Positions 1-11,405 of a stretch of 64,000 bases of DNA are shown here, in pieces (the stretch's first letter is position 1; every line of letters begins with the position of its first letter). The DNA lies in the NCBI GenBank assembly GCA_963749915.1, contig CAVVOP010000008.1, forward strand, positions 384,001 to 448,000, given 5' to 3'. Origin of the DNA: an uncultured cyanobacterium (GTDB lineage: Bacteria; Cyanobacteriota; Cyanobacteriia; Cyanobacteriales; Cyanobacteriaceae). A model generated the notes under the pieces. It did no database searches. It saw nothing but the letters and a program-made list of their open reading frames with translations, and had not been told where the DNA came from. A program made the translations under genes and the position numbers.

Positions 1-615
1 CAATATTCAGGTTTAAATACTCAGGACTTTAGGAAAATTCACCAAAGTCTGCAATTTGCTCTCAAACAAAATAGTTATTATCCATATAACAGGAAAAACT
101 CTTACAAAACCGTTGATAAATCTCTCCAAAATAATCAAGTAGAACAGTCGGAGTTTTTGTTATTATTAATTTATCTTCACTGTCCTGATTATCGAGAAAT
201 TATTATTAATCAACTAGACGAAAAGGATCTAGTATTTAGTTTAGCTTCCCATCGTTTTTTATGGCAAAAAATCTATCAAGTTTCGTCTGATTTAAGCACT
301 AATAATGATTATAATTCTTTATTAATTAGTGTACAAGAAAATATGGTCAATAATCCAGATATTTACCAACAATTAGCCAACGTATTTAATCTTAGTGAAA
401 ATGATCAGCAAATTTTATTCCAACCTGAACATTATGTTCAAGCAGCGATCGCCTGTTTAGAAACAGTTAAACTAGAAAAATATAAACAATATTGTCAACA
501 GAAAATATCAGAATTAACTCAAGAAAAAGACTTAACAAAAATGAGCTATTACTATCAAGAAATTATGGCTACCGAGGTCCAACTAAATCAACAAAAATCT
601 CTAAGAATGGAGTAA
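1..615 (+). CDS. dnaG: DNA primase, C-terminal part (5' end outside window)
   Basis: Frame open from base 1; LLLIYLHCP...DLVFSLASHRFLWQ resembles the cyanobacterial DnaG C-terminal region. Confidence 0.75.
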   Translation, partial: QYSGLNTQDFRKIHQSLQFALKQNSYYPYNRKNSYKTVDKSLQNNQVEQSEFLLLLIYLHCPDYREIIINQLDEKDLVFSLASHRFLWQKIYQVSSDLSTNNDYNSLLISVQENMVNNPDIYQQLANVFNLSENDQQILFQPEHYVQAAIACLETVKLEKYKQYCQQKISELTQEKDLTKMSYYYQEIMATEVQLNQQKSLRME

Positions 616-621
616 TAATTG

Positions 622-1479
622 TTAATCAAATCTCATGCTAATATCTAGCCAGGGCGAGCGAGTAACAGTAGCACTTGTTGAAATATAGTCAACTCCTGTA
701 GAGGCAATTTTAGTAATATTAGCTAAAGTTACGTTACCAGAGGCTTCTATTTTGATGAGGGGGTTTTCTTGTCGGATTAATTCCACCATCTGAGTCATTG
801 CCGTTATTGTCATGTTATCTAACATAATAATATCGACTTGATTGGCGATCGCTTCCTTTACCTCATGTAAGTTAGTGGTTTCCACCTCGATACTTAGAGG
901 ATAAGGCATCGTTTTTCTAATTAAAGTAATAGCATTGGAAATACTACCGGCACCTTGAATATGGTTATCCTTAATCATGATGGCATCATCTAAACCCATA
1001 CGATGATTAATAGCACCACCAACCTGAGAAGCATATTTTTCTAAAATTCTTAAACCCGGAGTCGTTTTCCGAGTATCCACTAGCTTTGTTGGGTAGTCTT
1101 TGATGGCTTCCACATACTTTCTCGCCATAGTGGCAATACCGCTCAAGTGCATGACGATATTCAAAGCAACCCTTTCTCCCGTGAGTAAAGCCGACATTTT
1201 TCCCTCAATTTCCATGATTTTTGTACCTGAAGGCTTTTTTTCTCCTTCTAAGGCTAAATTTTGCCATGTAATCCCTGTATCCAATAACCGAAAAACCCTC
1301 TCGGCGATGGGTAGCCCGGCAATAACTCCCTCCTCTTTAATTATCCAATATGCCTTGCCTTTGGTAGATTTCACCGTAAAAATACAGTCCGTAGTGCGAT
1401 CGCCTCTACCAATATCTTCTAATAACCAATCGCGCAAAAGAGAGTCTAAAATCAAAGGAGAGGGTAAAGTGTAGTTCAT
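622..1479 (-). CDS. nadC: Nicotinate-nucleotide diphosphorylase (quinolinate phosphoribosyltransferase)
   Basis: DTRKTTPGLR, NHRMGLDD, IKDNH, DIIMLDNM, EASGNV motifs. Confidence 0.97.
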   Translation of the reverse strand: MNYTLPSPLILDSLLRDWLLEDIGRGDRTTDCIFTVKSTKGKAYWIIKEEGVIAGLPIAERVFRLLDTGITWQNLALEGEKKPSGTKIMEIEGKMSALLTGERVALNIVMHLSGIATMARKYVEAIKDYPTKLVDTRKTTPGLRILEKYASQVGGAINHRMGLDDAIMIKDNHIQGAGSISNAITLIRKTMPYPLSIEVETTNLHEVKEAIANQVDIIMLDNMTITAMTQMVELIRQENPLIKIEASGNVTLANITKIASTGVDYISTSATVTRSPWLDISMRFD

Positions 1480-1575
1480 ATATTCGGTTTTTTACTTGCC
1501 AAAAAGTAGTTAATAATTAAGGCTTTTCTAATAGCTATAATAGACCTCTTGCAAAAGTTAAAAAATCTGGCCGTC

Positions 1576-1606
1576 AGAGGAGTCAGGAGTCAGGAGTCAG
1601 GAGTCA
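1576..1606 (+). repeat. Heptamer short tandem repeat (AGTCAGG)n, STRR-type
   Basis: About four AGTCAGG units read directly; similar units at about 40210-40232. Confidence 0.8.
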
Positions 1607-2089
1607 ATACTGCGAGGGAGTTGAATATCTTTTTAGGGAGTAACAGTGTGGCTTCACCCATGGATAGGCCTCTTGCTGACTGAACAGAATAGTAATTGTG
1701 AATAATATTCATGTCTTTGTCTCCTTGCGGAATGTTCCTATAGTGTTTACTTTAAAAAAAAATAAATTATCTTACGCACGCACTTAAACGCACCCTTTTA
1801 AGGGTACATGGTTTTTTTGAAAATAACCGGATTTTTTTATCTAATACTAATAAAAACTTTATAATCGGGGTTTGATAATATAATGGGTTAATGTACTAGT
1901 GGTAGAATGCACAATTGAGAATGTACAGTGAAAAACCTTTAATTTTCGTTACTTACGAGAATTTTAAACTCCCGTTTCATTTACGCACTTCACCGCTAGT
2001 GGTCTAGCAATTTTGATAGAACTTAATTTATGACAGTTGACCCACTAGTAACTAATGGTAAATTTACTCTTGAATGGAGATTTTTGAAA

Positions 2090-2602
2090 ATGCACACTGA
2101 TAAATTTCGTTTTAGCTTCCTAGGTTTGATTAGTTTGATTGTGAGTATTAGTCTGCCTGCAAGTTTGCTGAGTATCCAAGTACCAACCCAGGCAGAAGAG
2201 AATAAACCCCAGCCTTCCTCCGAGAAGAACTGCATCCCTCTTAAGGAGGTTACAACTGACCAAACTCAGATCAGGAAAATAATTTCTAGACCAACCCTGG
2301 GAGGGGTCATTAAGACGGGTAATTATAATACCGACTTTGTTGTTCCTACAGGTCAAGGGTTTCAATACTTTGTCGCAGTGATGACCCCTGAAAATGAGGC
2401 TAATTACGAGGTCACGATAAATCTCAAATATCCCAATGGAACCTACGATACCCCCTTCACTCGCAATGTGCCCATGACTCGAGACAAGACCTATAGTTTG
2501 CCGTTTCAATCAGGTACTGAACGCCAACCTTACCAAGTCAACTTTAGAATTGGTGGGTCAGAAAATAATGCTTATACAATTTCAGTTTTGGGTTGTATGT
2601 AA
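2090..2602 (+). CDS. Exported hypothetical protein
   Basis: ATG 2090 after GGAGA; signal peptide-like N-terminus ending TQA; beta-rich mature domain. Confidence 0.75.
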   Translation: MHTDKFRFSFLGLISLIVSISLPASLLSIQVPTQAEENKPQPSSEKNCIPLKEVTTDQTQIRKIISRPTLGGVIKTGNYNTDFVVPTGQGFQYFVAVMTPENEANYEVTINLKYPNGTYDTPFTRNVPMTRDKTYSLPFQSGTERQPYQVNFRIGGSENNAYTISVLGCM

Positions 2603-2728
2603 ACGGCAGTTCGTCTCCTAGCCTGGATTATTCATGAAGATAATTGATATACATGACAATCATAGCAATCATAGCAATCATGAAAAGTTCAAATCTTAGC
2701 CGTTCAGAGTATAAATTAACCATCAATT

Positions 2729-4366
2729 TCACAAAATATTTAGCCTTAATAGAGAAGGAGTATTTTTTCCTGAAAAAATGCTGATAGTTAGGGGATTATT
2801 AGTTAAACTTAAATGAGATAAGGATGGTTTTTTTTTCCCTAAATTGATGCTATAGGCCGGAAAATTAGCACAAGTCAAACTTAATCTAATGCTGGTGTTT
2901 TTTTCAATTTTAATGCAGGTTGATTGTGACTTAAATTTGATTGGCTCGTTAACTTTGCGAAGGTTTATTTTAATATATCCTTGACTAAAATTATAAACTT
3001 TGCCATCAGGAAAAACTTGAGAAACCAGTGCGGATAAATCAAAACTTTCGGTATCAGCTTGGGCGTAAATTTCTAATTCTAGGTCACCAATTATCTCTAA
3101 ATCTTGTGTTAAGGGGTCTGAGGTATAAGTGACAATATCGCTCCGATTATCTAATTTTCCTCTATCAAAACTTCCTGCTGATATACTACTATGTCCCCCT
3201 AAGCAGGGAGGCGATCGCCAAAAATCATGAATAATTATATCCTCTTGCTTATCAATATTTTTAATATTTTTGTTTGCTAATTTGCCATCATCGTCTCGAA
3301 TATTGGCTAATCCTGTACTTTTTAAGTAAAATTCTATTTTTTTTTCTTGGGTATAATTATCTAGCTCAATCCATTTATTACTATTAATTTGAAAAAAATG
3401 GATATTTTTACCAGATAAATTTCTATTTTTAATATTTTTTAAATACTTATTAAACCATAAAATTTGCAACTCATTAATATTATTATTTGCCTCTTGAGTA
3501 TAATGGCGATCGCCTAAAGTATTTCCCCAAGGAAGATGACTCCAAGCCCCGATAATTAAACGTTGTTGAAAATTACTTTTTTTGCTCATTTCTTTATACA
3601 AATTTAACGTACCTCGTAAATAAGTATCGAACCAACCGCCAATATGAAGCATTGGTAAATCAACATTTTGAAAGTAAGTTTTTGGGGATAATTTACGCCA
3701 ATAATCGCTATTTTTAGGATGAGTTAACCATTGATAATAAAAATTACCAGGACAATATTTTCTTAAGGCTTCTTCTAGGATAATAGGTATCGCATATAAA
3801 GGTAAATTACGACTAGCTAAATAAAGAGTTTTATAAGCAGTTAAATCACCTTTTAATCGTGCCGTTTCTGCTGCTAATTGTATCGCCCATGCTAAATTTA
3901 ACTCATAACAAAAAGCATCATTTTCATAAGCCCAATCAGTGTATAAATCATAGGCAATCATGGCAGGACAAATGGTTTTTAACGCCGAATGTTGACTAAT
4001 AGCAGAATATAATTGAGTCATGCCTTGATAGGAAAAGCCATACATTCCGACTTTGCCGTTACTTCCCTTCAGATTGGCTACCCAGTCAAGAGTATCGTAA
4101 CCGTCATTAATTTCCGTCTCGAATAATTGAAATTCTCCCTCAGAATCCCCTCTACCCCTCACATCCTGAATCACTACCATATAACCTTGACGAGCATACC
4201 ATTTTGGATGTGCATAAACTACCGTCGAAGCGATGGCCTTTCCGTAGGGTTGACGCATTAATAATACTGGTAATTTCTCATCGGCCATAGGGCGATAAAT
4301 GTCAGCAGTTAGCTTAACCCCGTCACGAGTTACCATGAAGGCCGTTTCTTTAATTACTTCAAACAT
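2729..4366 (-). CDS. CocE/NonD family hydrolase (peptidase S15)
   Basis: RDGVKL..DIYRP, QDVRGRGDSEG, nucleophile GFSYQG, GGWFD. Confidence 0.93.
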   Translation of the reverse strand: MFEVIKETAFMVTRDGVKLTADIYRPMADEKLPVLLMRQPYGKAIASTVVYAHPKWYARQGYMVVIQDVRGRGDSEGEFQLFETEINDGYDTLDWVANLKGSNGKVGMYGFSYQGMTQLYSAISQHSALKTICPAMIAYDLYTDWAYENDAFCYELNLAWAIQLAAETARLKGDLTAYKTLYLASRNLPLYAIPIILEEALRKYCPGNFYYQWLTHPKNSDYWRKLSPKTYFQNVDLPMLHIGGWFDTYLRGTLNLYKEMSKKSNFQQRLIIGAWSHLPWGNTLGDRHYTQEANNNINELQILWFNKYLKNIKNRNLSGKNIHFFQINSNKWIELDNYTQEKKIEFYLKSTGLANIRDDDGKLANKNIKNIDKQEDIIIHDFWRSPPCLGGHSSISAGSFDRGKLDNRSDIVTYTSDPLTQDLEIIGDLELEIYAQADTESFDLSALVSQVFPDGKVYNFSQGYIKINLRKVNEPIKFKSQSTCIKIEKNTSIRLSLTCANFPAYSINLGKKKPSLSHLSLTNNPLTISIFSGKNTPSLLRLNIL

Positions 4367-4395
4367 GGGGAATTAATTGATAATTGATAATGAAA

Positions 4396-4689
4396 CTAAA
4401 CTTTCATATTTCGCCATGCTTTAAGTTGATTACCTTGACGAAAAATAATTGATTTAGCAAGAGATAATCTTTCCATTATCGTCATCAAAACCTCAGCATT
4501 TTCCTTGATTACTTCTAACAAATAAGGACAAGTTTCAAAATTTAGGCACAATACTGTCGAAGAATCCCAAGTTTCTCTATAAATCTGGCATTCGGGAGGC
4601 AAAGTGGCCACCAGAAGACGAAATCTATTTAAAACTTCTTGCTCAAAATCATAACTGGTGGATTTCAGTAAAAACTGCGACTCAGACAT
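4396..4689 (-). CDS. Hypothetical protein
   Basis: 97-aa ORF with ATG, codirectional with neighbours. Confidence 0.7.
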   Translation of the reverse strand: MSESQFLLKSTSYDFEQEVLNRFRLLVATLPPECQIYRETWDSSTVLCLNFETCPYLLEVIKENAEVLMTIMERLSLAKSIIFRQGNQLKAWRNMKV

Positions 4690-4894
4690 ATAGTAAGTAT
4701 CAACTCTTCACGGTTACTAATTATAAGCTAACACTGTTTTCCGTTAAGAAAATTTAATTTTTACGAAAATAGTTAACAATTAAGAGTTAAAAGTTTACAA
4801 TTTTTCCCCTGATCCTCCTTGTCTTCCCATCACCAAAGTCCAAGGGTAAAAAAAAACTACTCTTATGAGGTTAGGGGGTTAGGGGAAATATCTC

Positions 4895-7800
4895 TTACTG
4901 AGTAAGGGTACGACGTTTGAATACCATTTCGTAGGCTTCAATATTATCGCCTTCTTGCCAGTCACTAAATTTATTGACGGCTATACCGCACTCAAAACCA
5001 GAAGCAACTTCTTTCACATCATCCTTGACACGACGCAGAGAATCTAAGTTACCGCTATAAACCACTCGACCATGCCGTAATACCCGGATAAAGCGGTTTC
5101 TGACCACTTTCCCTGATGTCACATAACAACCAGCCACAGCACCTTTCCCAACGGAGAATACCGCTCTTACTTCGGCTTTACCTAGACTTTCTTCTACTTC
5201 TTCAGGATCGAGTAATCCTTCCATTGCTCCTTCAATTTCATCAAGCAACTTATAAATTACATTGTATTCTCGAATATCAACCCCCTCCTGTTCAGCGGCT
5301 TGTCTGGCATTGGGAGCTAAATTTGTATTAAAACCAATTACAACAGCACCACTAGCGGCGGCTAAGTCAACGTCAGTTTCAGTAATTTCCCCAGCGTTGG
5401 ATAGTAAAACTCGAATTTGAACTTCTTTTTGGGGTAATTGTTTCAAAGATCCCATAATCGCTTCCACAGAGCCCTGTACGTCGGCTTTGAGGATTAAATT
5501 GAGCTCTTTTAATTCCCCTTGTTGTGCCTGGGCTGATAAAGTACTCAGAGTTACCCGACGAGAGGACATGGCTTGTTGTAAACGGGTGTCTCTTTGATCC
5601 GAAGCACGACTTTCAGCGATCGCTTTCGCTTCTTTCTCATTTTTATAAACATCAAACTCATCACCAGCGGCGGGAACTTCATTTAAGCCTAAAATTTCCA
5701 CCGCAAAAGAAGGAGTAGCGGCCTCTACTTTATCACCACGATCATCTATCATCGCCCGAATCTTACCAGCCACAGAACCTGCCACAATAATATCCCCAAC
5801 TCTTAAAGTTCCATTTTGAACTAATAGGGTCGCTACAGGACCTCTGGCACGATCTAAGTGTGCTTCGATAACCGTACCTTTCGCCAGACGATCAGGATTG
5901 GCAGAAAGCTGTTCCATTTCCGACACTAAGACAATCATTTCTAAGAGTGTATCTAGGTTTTGACCGTTTAAGGCACTAACAGGCACCATAATCGTATCAC
6001 CCCCCCAATCTTCAGGCACTAACTGCAAATCCACTAACTCTTGTTTGACACGATCGGGATTCGCCTCGGGTTTATCCACTTTATTAATAGCAACGACAAT
6101 CGGTACTTTTGCCGCTCTGGCGTGACTAATAGCCTCTTTGGTTTGAGGTCTGACACCATCGTCGGCAGCTACCACTAAAACCGCAATATCGGTAACTTTG
6201 GCACCCCGTGCTCGCATTGCTGTGAAGGCTTCGTGACCAGGGGTATCAAGAAAGACAATCTGCTGAGTTTTACCTTCATGCTCGACATCGACATGATAAG
6301 CTCCGATATGTTGAGTAATTCCCCCTGCCTCTCCTTGTACGACTTTTGTATTTCTAATAGAGTCTAAAAGGGTAGTTTTACCATGATCTACGTGACCCAT
6401 GATGGTGACCACAGGAGGACGTTGTTGTAATTTATCAAGATCCGCCTCCATAATCATTTCGGTTTTAGCGGCACTGGCTTTTTCTTCTTCCGTAATTACT
6501 TCCACACCTAAATCGGAGGCGACAATTTTGGCAATTTCGAGATCAAGAGTTTCAGTGATATTAACCGCGATGCCTTTAAAGAAAAGTAGTTTGATTATTT
6601 CTGTGTCAGGGGTGTTAAGCAATTCTGCTAAATCCCTTAAAGTCGGATTCTGTTTCAGAACGATAAATTCAGGTACTTCTTGTTTATCTGGCTTCGCTTT
6701 TTTCTCTACTTTAACTTCAGTTTTGTCAAATTTTGGTTTTTGTCTTCTCGGAGAACGATTTTTTTCGGGAGGCTTCGGCAGTTCACTAACTTGTTTATCA
6801 GGACGAGCTAATGCTAGATTGAGTATTTCACTATCAAGATCATCATCGTTAATATAGTGACTTAAATCATCATCCTCGTCATCTATAACCAAAGAGCGAC
6901 GTTTCTTAACAGTTTTTTTACTTTCTTTAGAATCGTCTTCATCTTCCCAAGTCGCTTCTTGAGCTTTACTCAAGGGTTTTTTTGGTTTTTGTTTCGCTCT
7001 TGTGGGTTTTTCTAGTAGGGTAGGTTCAGCTCCAAAATCATCATCGGCAGTGAGGGATTTTTCCTCTAAATCGTCATCAATATCTAAGTCAGGTTCAACA
7101 ATGTCAACGACTCGTTGGGGTGGCCTGTGCAATTTTGGTTTAGGAGTTGCTTTATTCTCAATTCCTGTAATGTTTTCTTCCTTAGAAATCAAAGGTTTTT
7201 TAACAGGTTTGAAAGTTGCTTCCTGATCTGCGATTTCAGCCATTTCTCCAACCTCCTTAGGACGCTGATCATTTTTAAAGCGGCGAGGGGAGTGACTTTT
7301 ATTTTTATTCTGAATTTTTGGTTTTGGTCTTTTATCCTCATCGGTGGAGAACGGGTTCAACAGTGAAGAATCTTTCTCACAGATGTCTCCAGGGAATTTA
7401 CTCCCACTACTTTTAGATTTATCGATATGAGTGATAGGAATTGACTTATTAGCTGGTTTATTCCCACCAACTTGGGGACGTGATGGAGGCCCTTTGAGTT
7501 CTTGTTCTGAATCAAATGTCCCTTCTGTAACTTCTATAGAACCATTAATTTCAGAAGACGGAGGCATCTGAGGACGAGGAGGAGTTAAAAGACTGGGATT
7601 TTCCTTGGATGTCTCCGATTCCGATATCTCGGAAGATGTACTTGCGTATATGGCAAGAATTTCTGGCTTTTTATTTTTGGGTTTCAAGTCTGACGCAGTC
7701 GGATTTTTTGATTCTTTGTTGATATTTTTCTTAACTTGTTGATTGGCAGATGTCATATGATAGTTTTTAGCTGCTTCTTTTATATTCTGGGCTTGAGATT

Positions 7801-7924
7801 CAGTGATGGTACTGCTATGATTTTTGACATCAATCGACAATTCGGAACATATTTCTAATACGTCCTTATTATCTAACGCAAGCTCTTTTGATAAATCGTA
7901 TATTCTTACTTTTCCGTTTTTCAT
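4895..7924 (-). CDS. infB: Translation initiation factor IF-2
   Basis: [43 protein letters not shown]; start may be 7930. Confidence 0.98.
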   Translation of the reverse strand: MKNGKVRIYDLSKELALDNKDVLEICSELSIDVKNHSSTITESQAQNIKEAAKNYHMTSANQQVKKNINKESKNPTASDLKPKNKKPEILAIYASTSSEISESETSKENPSLLTPPRPQMPPSSEINGSIEVTEGTFDSEQELKGPPSRPQVGGNKPANKSIPITHIDKSKSSGSKFPGDICEKDSSLLNPFSTDEDKRPKPKIQNKNKSHSPRRFKNDQRPKEVGEMAEIADQEATFKPVKKPLISKEENITGIENKATPKPKLHRPPQRVVDIVEPDLDIDDDLEEKSLTADDDFGAEPTLLEKPTRAKQKPKKPLSKAQEATWEDEDDSKESKKTVKKRRSLVIDDEDDDLSHYINDDDLDSEILNLALARPDKQVSELPKPPEKNRSPRRQKPKFDKTEVKVEKKAKPDKQEVPEFIVLKQNPTLRDLAELLNTPDTEIIKLLFFKGIAVNITETLDLEIAKIVASDLGVEVITEEEKASAAKTEMIMEADLDKLQQRPPVVTIMGHVDHGKTTLLDSIRNTKVVQGEAGGITQHIGAYHVDVEHEGKTQQIVFLDTPGHEAFTAMRARGAKVTDIAVLVVAADDGVRPQTKEAISHARAAKVPIVVAINKVDKPEANPDRVKQELVDLQLVPEDWGGDTIMVPVSALNGQNLDTLLEMIVLVSEMEQLSANPDRLAKGTVIEAHLDRARGPVATLLVQNGTLRVGDIIVAGSVAGKIRAMIDDRGDKVEAATPSFAVEILGLNEVPAAGDEFDVYKNEKEAKAIAESRASDQRDTRLQQAMSSRRVTLSTLSAQAQQGELKELNLILKADVQGSVEAIMGSLKQLPQKEVQIRVLLSNAGEITETDVDLAAASGAVVIGFNTNLAPNARQAAEQEGVDIREYNVIYKLLDEIEGAMEGLLDPEEVEESLGKAEVRAVFSVGKGAVAGCYVTSGKVVRNRFIRVLRHGRVVYSGNLDSLRRVKDDVKEVASGFECGIAVNKFSDWQEGDNIEAYEMVFKRRTLTQ

Positions 7925-8049
7925 CCACAAATTGCCCTGGGTGTACTATATTATAACTGTTTTTGGTAAATTTTTATCAGATTTTTAATCTTAAACTTAA
8001 TATTTTACTATTTAATAATATTTTACTATCTTCTATTCCCCTTTTTCTC

Positions 8050-8322
8050 CTAACTCCGAACTCCCCTGAGTCTGTGCCATAATTGTTCGTAAATTTCCGA
8101 AGGGATATCGGTTTTTAAAGCCCTAGTTAAACGCTTTTTTTTCTTAGCTAAACTTAGACACTGTGGTTGGGGACAAATATAGGCAGATCTTCCCATGCCT
8201 TCATCTAAGGTTACTCTTTGCTCCGGATAAGTCCTGATAATACGCCAAAATTGCCTTCGATCATCTACTCGATGACAACTAATACAGCGTCGATAATTTT
8301 GTTGTTTACTCGGATTCTTCAT
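8050..8322 (-). CDS. ylxR: YlxR/DUF448 RNA-binding protein
   Basis: RRCISC, GMGRSAYIC; between nusA and infB. Confidence 0.92.
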   Translation of the reverse strand: MKNPSKQQNYRRCISCHRVDDRRQFWRIIRTYPEQRVTLDEGMGRSAYICPQPQCLSLAKKKKRLTRALKTDIPSEIYEQLWHRLRGVRS

Positions 8323-9457
8323 CTAAATATTTCGATTTCGATTTAATGTCAATTTTCCAACCTGTTAGACGAGCAGCCAGACGAACGTTTTGTCCTTCTT
8401 TACCGATGGCTAAACTGAGATGATTGTCTGGTACAACTACTAAAGATTGTTTTTCCTCAGGATTAGTTAATTTTACCAAATCAATTTGGGCAGGACTTAA
8501 TGAATTGGCGATATAAGTAGCGGGATCTGGTGACCAGCGAATTACGTCTATTTTTTCTCCTTTTAATTCATTGACTACGGCTTGAATACGGGATCCTCTT
8601 GCTCCAATACAAGCACCAACGGGGTCAACATCTCTTTCTAAGGTATCTACCGCGATTTTTGTCCGGGCACTGACGGAACGATTATGAGGATTTGCTTCTC
8701 TAGCGATCGCCACAATTCTCACAATACCTTCCTCAAATTCTGGAACTTCGTTATCGAAAAGATAAACCACCAAACCAGCATCAGCACGGGAAACTAATAA
8801 TTGTGGGCCTCTTTGAGAGCCCTCTCGAACTTTTTTGAGATAAACCTTAAAAGTGGCATTAGCACGATAATTATCACTGGCAATCTGTTCATGGTGGGGT
8901 AATTCCGCCTCAACTTCCGGTCTTCCGTGTGCACTTTGAAGAGTCATAATGACGGACTGGCGTTCAAAACGAAGCACTTTGGCCTGTAAAACCGTGCCTT
9001 CTAATTCTTTAAATTCTCTCTGAATAAGGGCTCTTTGTTGATCTTTTAATTTCTGTTGTAAGACTTGCTTGGTCTGCATTGCCGCCATGCGCCCAAATTC
9101 CTTTTGTTCAGGAGTTACATCCACTAAAACCTCATTCCCAATTTGCACTTCATCATTAAACTCTTGTACTTCAGTTAAGGAGATTTGATGATCGGGATCT
9201 TCTACAGATTCCACTACCATTTTCAGGGCCAAAACCCTAAATCCTTCTTCTTCTATATCAAGTTCTAGTCTAAAGTTATCGAAATATTCATCAGGAAAAG
9301 GTTGATGAGTGCTGGTTTGTTTCGATCGCCGAAAACGCTCATAACCTTTAAATAAAGCTTCCCGTAAGGCTTCCCTGACGGAATTTTCTGGTAAGTTATG
9401 ACTTTTACTGATTTCTTCAATCAGCATTTTTAAACCTGGTAATTGAACGATACTCAT
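8306..9457 (-). CDS. nusA: Transcription termination/antitermination factor NusA
   Basis: FGRMAAMQTKQV, DPVGACIG, SLAIGKEGQNVRLAARLTGWKIDIK. Confidence 0.98.
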   Translation of the reverse strand: MSIVQLPGLKMLIEEISKSHNLPENSVREALREALFKGYERFRRSKQTSTHQPFPDEYFDNFRLELDIEEEGFRVLALKMVVESVEDPDHQISLTEVQEFNDEVQIGNEVLVDVTPEQKEFGRMAAMQTKQVLQQKLKDQQRALIQREFKELEGTVLQAKVLRFERQSVIMTLQSAHGRPEVEAELPHHEQIASDNYRANATFKVYLKKVREGSQRGPQLLVSRADAGLVVYLFDNEVPEFEEGIVRIVAIAREANPHNRSVSARTKIAVDTLERDVDPVGACIGARGSRIQAVVNELKGEKIDVIRWSPDPATYIANSLSPAQIDLVKLTNPEEKQSLVVVPDNHLSLAIGKEGQNVRLAARLTGWKIDIKSKSKYLDEESE

Positions 9458-9580
9458 AATAGTTAATAGTTAATAGTGGGAAATTGACAATTGATTGATA
9501 GTTGACAATTAATAAAGGCAGAAAGTAGAGGGCAAAAGATTAATTTTCTTCTAGTTTCCTAGTTTTCTCATTCTCTCTTT

Positions 9581-10042
9581 TTACTCTTTATTCTCTAGTC
9601 GGACTCGTGTGACGATGTCTCTGGGAATACTCACCATTTTGCCTTTACAGTTGATGTATATTGCTTTTTCGTCTCTCCCCTGAAGATTTCCTTGCCATCG
9701 AGTGTGTTTTTTATATTCCGTGTTAGTTTCCACCATGACGGGAAAACCTTTAAAACTAATAAATTCTCGATCTGTGATTAAATTATCACCAATACCAGGA
9801 CTAGAAATTTCTAACATATAAGCCGAGGGGATAATGTCCCTAGCATCGAGGGTTTCTTCTAATAAACGACTCATTTTTTCACAGTTATCAAGACTGGTAT
9901 CCCCTGATTGGTTACGAATATCCACCCTTAAAACAGGAGGGTTTTTGTTGGTTTGAAATGCCAAGGTTACTATTTCTAGGTTTAATTCTTGGGCAATAGA
10001 TTGGGCTATTTCTGTGATATTTGGTATCAGCGGATGAGTCAT
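9581..10042 (-). CDS. rimP: Ribosome maturation factor RimP
   Basis: CEKMSR, YMLEISSPG; first gene of rimP-nusA-infB operon. Confidence 0.96.
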   Translation of the reverse strand: MTHPLIPNITEIAQSIAQELNLEIVTLAFQTNKNPPVLRVDIRNQSGDTSLDNCEKMSRLLEETLDARDIIPSAYMLEISSPGIGDNLITDREFISFKGFPVMVETNTEYKKHTRWQGNLQGRDEKAIYINCKGKMVSIPRDIVTRVRLENKE

Positions 10043-10083
10043 AAATTAGATGAAAAATCGATGGAATAACAATAAAAAGCGAC

Positions 10084-10108
10084 AAAAAAAGCGGGTTATA
10101 CCCACTCC
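10084..10108 (-). promoter_or_regulatory. rimP leader hairpin/attenuator-like element
   Basis: Minus strand GGAGTGGG-TATAA-CCCGCT-TTTTTT about 40 nt upstream of rimP, like the conserved rimP leader. Confidence 0.65.
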
Positions 10109-10366
10109 GTCGATGACATTTCTTAACCGAACTCTCTTTCCGACATTATTTCCAGACCGCCATTTCTAGGGAGTTTCTACGCCTTTAGAGTGGTCTGAAT
10201 TTTTAACTTAATGGCAAGATGGCGAAAAAGCCGAGTTTTAGATGCTCCATATCACATCATAGCATAAAACTCAGATTTTAGGTGTTGCTGAATCGAACTG
10301 TGAACCATAGATAGGATAGAGAATAGTTACATCCCAGAGGTCAAGCCAAAAGGTGTAGAGAAACTT

Positions 10367-11401
10367 CTAATTATTAAAATTTAGGTAATTTTCGGTATAT
10401 ACTGTCAATAAACTATTATTGACAGTATAGTTACTCCAAAATTCAGGATTGCCCATTAAAATCAGTTGTGGAGAATCTTCTTTACCATAAGCTTTGATAG
10501 ATTGAATTTCTAGGGCAAATCCTCCCACTTCAAAACTAGGATTATAACCGCCGTCATATTCGAATTTACTCAGCATTAATTGTAGGGAATAGACTTTACT
10601 AAAATCAAATTTATCCGCATCTTTAAGAGTTTTCGCCCGAAAAACAGGGATTAAATCATCAAAAAGAATATCCATAGTTAGCCATTCATCCACCACCGTG
10701 TCAAAAGAATAACAGTAACTAACACCATCCCATTTCCCCTCACATCGAGTAATAAATTTATACCTTTTGCCGTCGCCTTTTACCTTTAATCTTATACCTT
10801 GATAACTAGATAAATCCCAAGGTTGAGTGAAATTTTTACTCCTAACAGAAGCAAAACCACCGTTATTATCTGTGGAAACAATACCTGTGAAAATAGCACA
10901 ATTATCGCTCAAAATTAAGTTACTGCTGCTAACGCCTCCCATTACCACATCATCTACCGCACCCCAAATATTCCGCAGATTTTGATTCGGGGTTTGAAAA
11001 TCAAATAAGATCATTTCCCCTTGTTGTAAATTTTGATTAACTAATTCTAGTAATCTGTTAATACCATTTTGTGGGAAAAAAATAATTTTATTAACTCTTT
11101 CTAAAAGCAATGAAGAAGGATTATCTATCTCTAAATTCAAGGGAATAATTTCTGTTATGGGGGAAGAAAAGGCCGTTGTCGGTGATGGACTAATAATTCT
11201 TAAGGGTAATTTTTTTTTCTGTAAATAATTAATCGTTTCTTGGGCTAAATTACTGCGATCATCGGTAATTAAAGTTAAATTTATCATGGAATCAATAGTA
11301 GTTTTATCGACATTTTCTGAGTTAAACAATTTTTGAAAACAAGAGGCAAAAGGGATCACATCAAAATAGGTTAAAGTTTTCCAAAGACGTTTTAATTCCA
11401 T
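10367..11401 (-). CDS. CIA30-family protein
   Basis: WGAVDDVVMGGVS, NNGGFASVRS, KGDGKRYK, MLSKFEYDG. Confidence 0.9.
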   Translation of the reverse strand: MELKRLWKTLTYFDVIPFASCFQKLFNSENVDKTTIDSMINLTLITDDRSNLAQETINYLQKKKLPLRIISPSPTTAFSSPITEIIPLNLEIDNPSSLLLERVNKIIFFPQNGINRLLELVNQNLQQGEMILFDFQTPNQNLRNIWGAVDDVVMGGVSSSNLILSDNCAIFTGIVSTDNNGGFASVRSKNFTQPWDLSSYQGIRLKVKGDGKRYKFITRCEGKWDGVSYCYSFDTVVDEWLTMDILFDDLIPVFRAKTLKDADKFDFSKVYSLQLMLSKFEYDGGYNPSFEVGGFALEIQSIKAYGKEDSPQLILMGNPEFWSNYTVNNSLLTVYTENYLNFNN

Positions 11402-11405
11402 TATA

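Noticed and set aside
1576..2682. Short repeats (AGTCAGG, CAATCATAG) as CRISPR
   Set aside because: Tandem 7-9-mers without unique spacers; no cas genes
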